Assembly: GCA_043228905.1 (NCBI GenBank) | Contig: JBHGNT010000014.1 | Coordinates: forward strand, 8,246,001-8,310,000 | DNA length: 64,000 nucleotides | Direction: 5' to 3' | Origin: Azolla caroliniana | Taxonomy: Eukaryota; Plantae; Polypodiophyta | Shown: piece by piece, positions 11,323-23,300 of the stretch | Layout: each line of letters begins with the position of its first letter | Position numbering within the stretch: the first letter of the stretch is position 1 | Made by a program: the position numbers and the translations under genes | The notes under the pieces: generated by a model | What the model saw: the letters and a program-made list of their open reading frames with translations, nothing else | What the model was told of the DNA's origin: nothing | Databases searched by the model: none

Positions 11323-14298
11323 ATGGCTATGGCCATGCTCACCCTGTCTCCTGCGTCCACGACCCTTACATCATCATCCCTGCACTCCTCGTTGATCACC
11401 TCAGGTAGCTCAGCACGATTCTCTTTGTCCCTGAAGAAGAAGCCGACAGTTTTTTTAGGTCCTGCCCAAAGTACTCGTCGCTCCAGCTCTGTCATTCGAT
11501 GCAGCTCTGCTACTCCCGCTAAGGGGAGCTTCATACCTGCTGAGCATCGCTGGATGTACGAAGGCATCGAGAAGCTTGGGCCTGTATGTATGCTTTTCTT
11601 TCATTCTTTAAGATATTTAGCAGCTTAGAAGTAATGTTCAATCTACATAATGGAACATAATGCTCTTTCGCAGTACATTGCAGAAAATGAATAGATGTAT
11701 TTTTTCATGTAATTACTATGAGAGAGATGTTTAGGACAGATCACAATGGACCTACAACAATGCATACTTTTGTTCGTATCTTTATGACTGGAATCTAGAG
11801 ATTGCACCAAAATTTTCACTTTAGGAGAACTAGGATTGCCCGGACAACATTTCAGAACTCCATACAGTTCTTGCTCATGTACATAATGTTTGCAAGCAAT
11901 TTTCAGAGATAATACTGAAAGATTGATATTTAAGAGAACTATGACTGTCCCTAGCACATGTCTACAAGAAAATTAAGCTAAACCACAAACTGTGCAAAAA
12001 GTTCCTGTGGTTGCCGTAATGAATATAAAACTTGCTGAATTGAGTATATCAGTCGAATCATTGATAGTTTCAGATGATTGAAGGTTGAATGTCATGGAAT
12101 CCCTTTCAAATATAGTGTATGAGTATACTCTATCTTCTATTTGAAGGGACATTAGGAATGTTTCTCGTTCATTTAGATGAATGTGGTATCATTTCGTGCC
12201 CACAAAAACTTAATCCAAGCATATGTGGTTGAAAAGGGGACTGTTTCTCTATATGTTTATTTGAGTTATAAAGGCACATGCTACCTGTGGCCAATATAAT
12301 ATCTACAAATTGCGGAATTGCTGCAGGAAAGAATGTGTTTAGAAGAAATCTGCACAAACATGATTAACGTTTAATAGGATTTGAATTTGTGAAAAATAGG
12401 ATATTGATCACAAATAGATAATAAACATAATGCAGTGGACGTTAATTTTCGATTGTGAAAGGTATACAAAGTGGAATTATATAACAGAACTATGAAACAA
12501 ATGCCCAAATTAGGTAGCTTTTCAGTTAATGCCACCAGTATTTTTAGGGATTCAAAGTGAAGAGTGTTATTGTTTTTGCCAATAAATAAGTTTTATTAAC
12601 TATATGCTTGTTTCTTATGTGTAGGATATTTGGAACGAAAAGACATGGTATCCAAAAGCTGCGGACCATATAAATGCTGAGAAGAAATGGTACATTGTGG
12701 ATGCTGCTGACAAAAGGTTGGGAAGATTGGCATCAACAATAGCTATCCATATGCGAGGGAAGAATCTTGCGACTTACACACCCAGTGTTGACATGGGTGC
12801 ATTTGTCATCGTGGTATAATTCTTTTCAGTGTAATCATTAAACAAAAGAAATCTAGGCAATGAACTAATTCTAGAATGATGTCTGAATCGAGTTCTTTGG
12901 GAACACGTAAGTAAGCTTGTAAAAAACCCAACCATCATGCCTGCCAATATTTCTCTCAATTTAAGTAATAGAATCCAAAGTGTTAGTGAGAACTATATGG
13001 ATTGTACAGACGTGACAAAAATTAGATTTCCATGTTTATCAGCTGTCAAATCCTGCAATAATTCTAAAAGAAGATTAGAACAGAGTAGTAATAAGAAAGT
13101 TGCTGCTTTCTACTTTCAAGGTGAATGCAGAGAAAGTTGCTGTGACGGGTCGGAAACGAAGTCAAAAGCTCTACAGAAGACATTCTGGAAGACCTGGAGG
13201 AATGACAATCGAGACATTTGATCAACTGCAGCAGCGTATTCCTGAAAGGATAGTGGAACATGCTGTAAGAGGCATGCTTCCCAAAGGACGTGTAATTACT
13301 TTGCCTATCACCATTTAACAATTTTGTGAATATGGATTGTCCTTTTCCTTTAAATGATCCCTAATAGTCATTGTTGAACAGTATAATATATATTGACTAA
13401 GCTGAGATAGTTCACATCCTCTTGTCATGCATACCATTCATATATATAACTTACATGCAAACATGCCATTATCTATAGGGAAGCAATCTTGAGTTTTTCC
13501 TTGGTTCTCTGAATCCCCCTGTTCAAACCCCTGTTGAGATATTAAATGTGCTGGTTGAGCAATTACATGGTTGATGAGAAGCATATGGGGATTGGCGAAA
13601 TCATAAAAAACTTTTGGAATTTGGGGACGTAAAAAATAATGTAGGGTATTGCTAAGTTTTTCACTTATTTGAGTTTGGTGCGTTGGTGGTTTTATGTTGT
13701 ATTTTGCAAAACAGCAGGGCTGCACATATAAGGTATACATATTTTCATGTCTAAATTACTGGAATATTGCAGGTTCTAAGATGAACTGTCACACTGTATA
13801 TTTAGTATTATCTGTTTGTGCATGCATGCATGTGGTATATGTCCAAATGTGTATTAGTCATAATATGTAGCATAACCGGGGCATACCTGTCATATAATGC
13901 GAGTTTATGTGGCATACTGTAAACTGGATTATAGATTGTGTGTCTAATATACATACTTGAATAGAGGCAATGTTGCCAATGTTAAATTGCATTGGTTACT
14001 GATAGGGTTATGTTTTCTACGTGAAAAGCCCATATGGGCAGCCATCATCTATTTCAGACTATGCATGGATTTGTGGACAAATCATATTCATTGAGATGGA
14101 CTTCTTGGTAGTTTAGATTCTGTTTAGTCCTTAAACCATGACTTGTAATCTTTTTTAACCTTTGTTTATTGGGCGATGCAGTTAGGAAGGAGGTTATTTA
14201 CACATCTGAAGGTTTACAAGGGTCCTGAGCATCCACACGAAGCTCAAATGCCTGTGCCACTTCCGATACAAGATAAGAGAATACACTATGAGAAGTAA
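11323..14298 (+). CDS. RPL13: Nuclear-encoded plastid 50S ribosomal protein L13 (uL13c), about 245 aa; exons 11323-11583, 12625-12813, 13121-13291, 14182-14298
   Basis: Ser/Thr-rich transit peptide followed by uL13 motifs [96 protein letters not shown]. All three introns are GT-AG and phase 0. Confidence 0.96.
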
Positions 14299-15344
14299 CT
14301 TAACCGAACATCTTTCTACTCCGCGAGAAGTAACTTAGCCAAGGTACTGTGGAATGTCCTTCAGAAGTGAACATAGGTAAAGATTTTGTTACAAATTATG
14401 TTATGTTGCTCAAATGTGATCGTCATACGGCTCATTGGAAAATCCCAAATACATAATCTGAACAATGGCTGCATCAATACTTAACAATTCTTTTTCTTGT
14501 TTCAGATTTTTTTATTGCATGCTAGATTTGTGTTTCTAATTTAACAAATGTGGGCAATGCTTATAAGGCTTTGTGTTGTATTAATCATTGCTGACTGATC
14601 CACGTACTTTCAAAACTTTCGATGTTCATTTCTCCTTGTGTTTTGAGTGGAAGGCACCTAACATTTCACCATCAAAGCTAGTCACTCTTTAACATATTTA
14701 TTTGAGTGTAATCTTACTTGTTATTGTAGCATGGATCTCTCTCCTTGCTTACACGTGTTGCTTGATTATGACATCTAAAGTTGGGCAATCATTTAAGGAT
14801 ATTTTCAGCTAGTCATCCTTAATATCTTGTGGTAATATTGTAATTGAACAAATAAAATCTCATTTATCTTGACATAGAAGAAATCCTTTAATTCTTATAC
14901 AGTCTCAAAAGTCAACATGTGAATGCGGTTCATATATGGATAACAAGAATCTTTTCTATTTAAGAGTATGGGGCATTCCCCACATTGAAGATACCAGTTC
15001 TCGAAGATGCAAAGAACGTCATTTTAAAATAAGTAGAATAAATGTAATCGTCTTTGTACTTGATCCATCTTAATGATTGAGCGATATTAGGGAAGAATGA
15101 TTTATATTAAAACATTTCTTTAATGGGCATCGGATGATGTTTTCCAAATTTAGATAGCTTCATAACAATTTTAACTTGTTTTTTGTCTTCGTGATCCTTT
15201 GTTAATATTATGTTAATTGCAAAGATGTTGTGTTGGTCTCAATATAAGGCAAGAATGCCATGAGGCATCATCATGGTATTGATTTTTTCCATGATCATTG
15301 TTGCATGTGCAATTATCATCATCATGGTAGTGATTTTTTCCAAG

Positions 15345-15480
15345 AGGCAAATGTTTATTGTGGGTTTGTGCATACCCCTTTGCGACTAGCCAACCCCTAC
15401 ACCAGTTGAACATGTCATCCACCTTGTGCTAATTTTATCTTTATCACCCTATGGCAACCTATTGGCTTCTTCTCAATTTT
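15345..15480 (-). mobile_element. Short, highly decayed copia RT fragment
   Basis: WLVAKGYAQT, resembling RLVAKGYAQ, lies in ORF 15213-15422. An adjacent KPIGC-like motif is upstream. Confidence 0.5.
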
Positions 15481-18400
15481 AGACATTGGGACTAAATCTG
15501 AAGTATCGTTGTCGAACAACGTGCGCATCTCCTCTTGCATTGCCTTGATCCACCGGGAAACTTGGGCATTTTTTGCTAGATAAATAATCAAGTATGAGAA
15601 TCAACCAATGTTTTTCAAAACCTTGAAATATAACTATTTGGATAGTATTAACCCTTGCACGTGGATACATAAACGTCTCTCTAAAGAAATTTGTCACATT
15701 TGAAATTAATGGCAAGGTAAGACGTTAGAATATTGATATTTTACATGTGATTACTAGTTGATTTGTGCCAAATGTTTGAAGTTGCACGTGGGATCTTATC
15801 CATTTACAAAATGTTCACACATACTACAATTGAAAGTAGAAATTGAAAAAAAATCCTTCGACTTTTGTTTTAGCTCTCTATATTTTTGTTAGATGATAAC
15901 TAGAAATCTCAACTTGTAAAATGTTATGACTAAAACAATATGTAAACATTATCAACATTTTGGATGCCAATGCATGGAAGTGAAATGTTTTAAGGTATTC
16001 ACACATTTGTGTGTGGTATCCATTATTCCAAAAGAAACTCAAATGTTATCTATCAATTGCTTCCAACATGTCACATGAAATGAGCTAGAAACTAGTAAAA
16101 AAACATGTTACATGGAAACATTGTGGAATAATATATGCTCATTATGTATGTTCTTTGGGACCAAGAGAAATATCTATGCATGAACTTTGACAACAAATTA
16201 TCCACACGAAACTTTATAGAGTAATTAAGTAGAAGTCACATATAACCCTTATGGCACTCAATAAAGAATATGATACCCAAAGAATCTCAATGGTGATAAT
16301 TTAGGAACACTCTTGAACTATTAGATTGGGCACATAGACGTAGATATGTAATGTAGTGAATTGGGTCCATTGATTTATGGATCTATGTGGGTTTGGTTAG
16401 TATTATATTAATAATCACAAGAATACTCATGAAGTTATTAATAATTATATGAGTTTTTGATGATGAGAAAGAGACTCGTTATCAAAATGTCATTTGTACC
16501 ATACAATATCATAATGCTCACTAGGGGGTAGGGGGCTAACATGCAACCCTAGTCCTAGTGAACATGGTACATTATTTCTTGCTCCTCAATGGATTCCCTT
16601 GCCATTTCTTTTTGTTGTAGCTTGTTAGGGAGCCATTTTAATATTGTGTTATTGTTACGAGAACATTGGGACACTACCTCCACCAAAGCTCATGATGTTG
16701 TTTGAAGGTGAAGAGTGGAATTTTTTTATCCCCACACATTTACTCAACCGAGAATTACAACACATCGACTCAAGCAATCCTACTCATCACGTCCACATAA
16801 AAAACTAGCGATGTTGTAAGTCGGAAAGTGGGAATTATCATCATAACTCATGTAAAATGGGTAAAAATCTCTTTGTTGTGTGTATATTTGTGTCAATGTG
16901 GGTTACCAATGCCCATAGTCAAAAATCTAATGTGGGGTTCATGTGATTTAATTGACAAGTCTCTTAATATGTGTGTTTGTGTTTGATAACTAAAAAAACC
17001 AACACATTTTATTGGTTTGTGTGTAAGCCCACTACCTAAGTCCTAGCTTCAATAAAAATAAAACAACCACTCCAATGCATAATGTAGTGTATACACACAC
17101 ACACACACACACGCACACACACACACACAAAGAGAGAGGGAAAGAGAGATAGTGGATTCTCACTAACTAGTAATGTAACTCATTGAACCAACACTAAACA
17201 CAAGATTTCGCTCAATTAAATTTCGCATTTCCTATCGTTATTGGACATGGAATCTAATTGGGTCCATTGCTTTGCCATTATCCTCATCATATCCATTATT
17301 GTCCCCCTATCATCTGCTATTGGACAAGGTAATTTGATCTCAAACTTGAGACCTTTTCAATGTTTACTTATATGATGTTGAAATGATGCATTTATATTCA
17401 ACAATTCAGTTGAATACAAAATTTTCCATACTTTCATTTCTTCCTTTCTAAAATAATCAGCAATTTGCATGACATTTCCCCTTGATCTTATAGGTTTGCT
17501 TCCAACCATGTGAATGATTGTAACTCACTTCAATCTCTTACTCTATTACATTGGTTTATTTGCATCATTACTTGTTCCAGAATGAGATTTACATGCTCAA
17601 GAAGAATGATGATAAGAACTTTGAACTCTCAAACCCACAAGTGATTATGAATCACCACATACCTAATATCCAGTGTATAAGATAGCTTTAAAATATGCAA
17701 ATCCTTTGTAATAACTTTTGTGTATGAAATCTTCTATAACGTCATCTATGTTAATTGCTACCTTGCAATAATGCTTCAAATTTCTTCAATCTAAGAAAAT
17801 GCCTTGTTGTGAGGAGTCATCATCACATAGCTCTAACTTGTTGTAATGGGATGTGGAATTGATAGCCCCATTATGGGACATGAAACATCCTTCCCCATTG
17901 CAAGAAGCTAAGTACATAATGGGATACTTGGAATAATAGTTAACTCACACCCTAGTGACTTGGGTTAATCATCATTACAAACTCACTTAGGGGCTAGCCA
18001 ATAAATCCCTTAGCATGTGTATGAGGACAAGTTGCAATAACATATTTGATAATACATACACATCAACCTTTTTTAATGCTTAGCTTTTTGTTTTTAGAAA
18101 TGTATTTCATCAATCTTAATTATTGCTCACATATTTTATATGGATAACAATATAAATGGAAGGGAATTGACAATTCTAATATTTATCAATGATTTAGGGC
18201 GACTCAGAACTTTGTGAGTAATCTTTATTATGAAGTTAGGTTTGTTTGAATCATGAATCTGGGTTCATTTTAACTAGGTACACAACGTTGCACGAAAAGG
18301 GACATAACAATAAGGCAAAGGCAAGTCTCAAAGGGGTCAGATGCACGATGGAAGATGGTCATACAAAGCGAATGTCGATTATGTGAGGCAACAATTGTGG

Positions 18401-19335
18401 AATTAAGTTGTCCAGGGTGGGTGGAACCCAAACCAATTGAAGGATACATGTACCCTGTGGAGCTTGTAGACAAAGACCTTTGTATGTTGAGTGCCACCAT
18501 TTCTTTCCTCCACCCCTTCTCATATGTTTATAAGCAACCGATTGGGAAGATCAATTTTACAGTATCTAGTATCAAATACAAATGTAATGATTCTCATCCT
18601 CCACATATCCACTAAAATATGACCACCATTTTTCTAATCTAAACATAATATTTTAAATTTTAAATTTAGTTTTACTCTATAATTTCTGTTAATTTTTAGT
18701 GCTGAAAAGGTTAAAACATTGGTTGTTGTTCCAACAAAAAAGTAATAGGAACATGGAGTTTTTGTTGAGATATCAAGCTCAACTAGAGTTACTAATCTTG
18801 ACAAACATGTAACTTAGTAGTTACATAAATAGAATCTAGTTTAGTTAGGATTCCTGGGTCTTGTGCGAGCCGACGTATTGAATGCCTTGGATGTACTTAT
18901 GTCAACCCACTACCTTTATGAGAGGAATCTAGAGCTATGTATATAAGGTGCTCTCAGAGCATGTTTGTAAGGTTACACAGTCTTAGTGGAGAAATATATG
19001 CTTTTGTTTTTTTGTGTGTACATTATTCTCATTCTGTTTGGATCTTTATCTTGGTCTCCGTCACACTACACTTTGTTCTCCACCGCACAAAGAGTGGAGG
19101 CTTTTGCAACAGAAGCAAGTGAGTGTTAAATATGATCTACAGAAGCATAATATGTAAAATTCGTGTTCTTCTAGCATAATATTCGTTTTCCTACGTTGGA
19201 AAACGAATGCAAATGTTATTCAAACATTCTTGTGTTTTTTTTTCCCATTTTTTAAAGTTTTTTTGTTTTGTTTTTTCCCCTTTTTTAGGTTTATTTACCT
19301 CATAATAAATAGTTAATCCAAAAGAATGGTGTTTA

Positions 19336-19371
19336 AACACGTTCGCGTTCACAAGTGGAAGGATTGCGCAT
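19336..19371 (+). repeat. Left terminal inverted repeat (36 bp)
   Basis: Reverse complement of 28722-28757 at 34 of 36 positions. Confidence 0.85.
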
Positions 19372-20381
19372 TCCATTTGTAGAATCTTCTTAAAACAAAG
19401 CAAATACACCCTCTCTACAAAAATTGGATGCACTAGTATCACATGTTCCTCAACTTGATGAGAATTTGCAAATATAAAAATACATGATAGATCTACGAGT
19501 GGAGATCATTAGAAATCATGCAAGTTTAGACACGTTGATAAGTTAATGTAGGCATAATAAAGTTCAACTATGACTCAATATGTCACTACTGTGCGACAAG
19601 GGAAACACTAACTTAAATACTTATATTAATTAGGTAAGTTTTACAAAAATATCAGGTGTACTTGTATCCATACTAATAAAATGAGTTATAATTTATACTT
19701 TGACCCATACGTGCATGTATGTAATTGTGGAAAATGTAGGATAGTGCACATTAGGATAAGTGATTGGAATAACTAACTTATTAAAGTATTCAATACTTGT
19801 ATTTAAAGTTGATCTAATGTATTCCTCAGTTTGTTCATATGGGATCAAACCATATGTATATAATTGTGGACAATGTAAGGCAGTGAACTTTAGGATAATG
19901 TCGTGGAAATAACAAACCTATTAGGCTTTCATACCTGTATTTAAAATTTATCTACTCTATTGCATAGGTGATTCACACAGGCTCAAACTCTGAATGGTAA
20001 CGCAACTGGAACCATTATCAACACACTACACAATCTAAGCAGCAATGGAATAGAAACATAATAGTTTTAACAATAGAAGACAAAGATCCATAATAACAAC
20101 ATGGACAGTCATGGCAACAATTATAGGGCCATGTTCTGTTAAGGTTAGCTTGGACCAAAATCAGCCTCAATTTAAACTAGTTCATGTTTCTCCATAAATT
20201 TGGTAGTCAGCTATGCACGCGGTGAAACCAATGTCATAAATCTACTAACCAAGTATATAAAAATAAAATTGAAACATATAGAAGATTATAAAGAATAGAA
20301 TCCACTAGGTAAAACCCAAAATTTGTATTAATAATGTGAAATCCTAACAAATCGTTAGTGTCATTTTCTTCATAGAGTCTA

Positions 20382-23300
20382 TTACATAGCAATCAATTCA
20401 TCAACGTCATTTTCTTCATCATCTTGTGTAGAATTGTCTTCGGCTATACGTGCATTGGTTTCCCCTGTTAGCCGAGCCAACAAAATATCTTCTATAAGCT
20501 CATCATCAAGCTCTATTAGCTCCCCCGGTTCGCCGGTTAACGGAGGAATAGGCTCTCACGAAGCAGGTTGAAACCTTTCTGTATTGGTGAGGTTCTTTGC
20601 ACCGACCTCCTCATCCTGGTCTGGGCACTCCCACAAAGCCTTAATCCGCATATTAATAAATATAACTTGGTCCTCGTCCTTCTCCAATGCAACTGTATTT
20701 CTAAAAAGCTTCAATGCACATGCAGACGTAGTTCCTGTGATGTAAGTAACAAGAAGATTTAGTTGTCAAACGAAAAAAAAAGGGATTGGTTATCTCAAGA
20801 TCGTTACCCTAGTTCGAGGAATACCTATGCCAGAAAAGAGATCTAATATCCAGTCTCCTTCGACAGAAAACATCTCGATCAAGCGCATCATAAGTCGTTG
20901 AGGTTTTTGGTATGGGTTGACAAGTCCCCGTTCTGTCGTGGTGACATGTCGCAATTTCCGTGTCATTGCTGGATATACCAACAGATTTGAACCTCCCACT
21001 TCATTAGAATGCTCCTTGATTCTCTATTTCTTAATTTCATTGAAGTAGCCAACCGTTATGTATTCAATGGCATTAACGAACCGAAAAGTTGGCCCTCTAT
21101 TTACATTGGTCTTGATCCTATAAAAAATAATACATCGAGTTAAGAATAGATTCAACAACCTTAAGAAATGCAATATAGTGAAAGACACCTATAAATAATC
21201 CTTACCATGCAAGGTTCTCGATGCCATGGCAACGAGATCTCAAAGCTTGAGCTACCGAGTACCCTTGGTCCATACTATGAAAGACAACTATTCGCCACAA
21301 GGATGCAGTCGTTAGCTCAGCGAAATCCTTGACCATCTTCTCCAATTGTTTAAACCTAAACAGTTCATTGTCGTATGATGACCCAGCCATTCGAAATCCG
21401 TAAGGAATATCCGCAATCATTAGCGTATATTCCTTCTTTGGCACCTTTTGGATCAAGTCGACGACATCACCGCAAACCACATTGTAGTAAAGATCTCTCG
21501 TAATATCTTTTTTGTGGCTAAATTTTTTAAAGGAGCCATCTTCCTCCATTTCGTACGCCTTGACTAAGCGACGATCCTTTTCTTTTCTGGCTCGCTCGAG
21601 ATGTGCAAGGAAGGATGTAGGGAAATCGTGTATATCTTTAACTTCTCCTTGTTTCTTGCCTTGACACGGTTTCTAATAGAAGCAATAGGACATAAGGTAT
21701 TATTATACAAGCTCTACATATGATGAAAGGGTAATGAAAAACCATCAATACTAACCCAATCCTTGAATGCAATAAAATACTCTGATAACGCCTTATATGA
21801 AGACGTTAGAGGATAATCCTTGGTCACTTGTTCCCAAGTTATACATCCAAGTTGTTTCATCATAACTTCTTGGATCTTCATGTATACCTTATGACTGTAA
21901 AATTAGAAATCAAGATTAGAACTTTGAATTACACTAGATAGACTACAATTTCAGTATTTGAAAGACTTACTTATTGAACTCAGTGACCATTTCTTCAAGG
22001 CTTAAATCTTTCGCCACAACCCTTGACAAAACAGACACAAGAAGCTGCTCGTCCTTAATACCTTGCATCGCTCTCCATAGAGACAACTTCATGTCGTCTG
22101 CCGCTTCTTCAATTGTCAAGTCAATTTTCTTGGCGGCTTGTGACTTTAAATCTAGTTGAGGGTCAACCTTACATTTCTTTTGTCGTTGACCCTTTACCTC
22201 CTTATTCTCCCACATTGAGAAGATTTGATCTTGTAGGTCCCATACTTCTCCATCTCGAAACGCCAATTGAAACCAAGACTCATACTTTCGAAGACCATCA
22301 GACTTAACATTATCATCTACCACAATGCCGACTTCATGCAGACATTGACGTCGTAGGCCTGGATGTAACTTCACACCAAACTTTTGTTTCACGTCTAAAT
22401 ACTCGTGGTGGAAGAACCGTATACGCTCAATGGACGACATTTTCTGCCTATAGTCATTATCATTATTATGGTCCCATGCCAACAACTTAGCCTCTTCGGT
22501 TGTGAGCCCAACATAAATTTTGCACTCGGCATACTTGAAGAAGAAAGTTGTTGGATGTTCTCTCACATGTTGCCGACGTGCCTCTGCTGAATGCGATCCA
22601 CCAATGACAAAATAATTATATTGATCATGCTTTCTAATATCAAAATCTTCAATGGTTTCACATTCTTCAGGATCTACCATAACAATAAAAGGCACCACAG
22701 TGGCATGAGGATTAATTTTCATTTTTTTCTTGAGATTTTGAACATGCATGCGGTGTGGCTCTCTAATCTCAAGTGGTCGTCGACCTGTTTTTTCATCAAT
22801 AGGGGGCCGATGGATGTGTGTTATAGGCAAATTAAACACTTGCCCTTTCCTGACCAGTTTCCGTTGCATTAACTCTCTCCTTATCTTATTCTGTTCAGAT
22901 GACAAAACACCCGAAGCCAGCTCAGCTCCTGGCGTCCCCTTATTATCCTCCTCTTCGTTTTCACTTGTTGAATCCGTGTCCGACATTTTGGTTGTCTTCT
23001 TCTTTGGTGGTCTTGACTGGACTTTGGATACCCTTTTTGTGGCCTTCAATAGGGAGGACACTTCATCTCTTAGAGTTACATGGCCTTGTATATAAGGCCT
23101 CAAGGTAACAATAAGGTTTTGTGAGCTTTCAAGATCTTTTTTGAACGCTTCTGGCCCACAAGATTCCTTTACTAAAAGGTCTTCTAAAAGGAACACTTTA
23201 CGTACCCCCTTGGAGCACTCTATCATTACCAGTATGTTGGCCGAATCTGCATCTTCGTAGTCAAATCGTAGAATACGGCCATACATAAATGGGGTTTCCT

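Noticed and set aside
10998-11628. ORF 10998-11567 (-) and the extended N-terminus of ORF 11125-11628
   Set aside because: The first is antisense to RPL13 exon 1. The second reads through a (TACA)n microsatellite upstream of the likely ATG at 11323.
19181-19208. Hairpin ATTCGTTTTCC-N6-GGAAAACGAAT near the left TIR, and a weak AGAATG match just outside both TIRs
   Set aside because: The hairpin is isolated and has no counterpart at the right end. Extending the TIRs needs a gap and loses the TTTA duplication, although the exact termini need other copies to confirm.
15500-19300. Possible decayed gene or DNA-transposon remnants in the AT-rich intergenic region
   Set aside because: No ORF with recognisable motifs and no paired termini that I could support.
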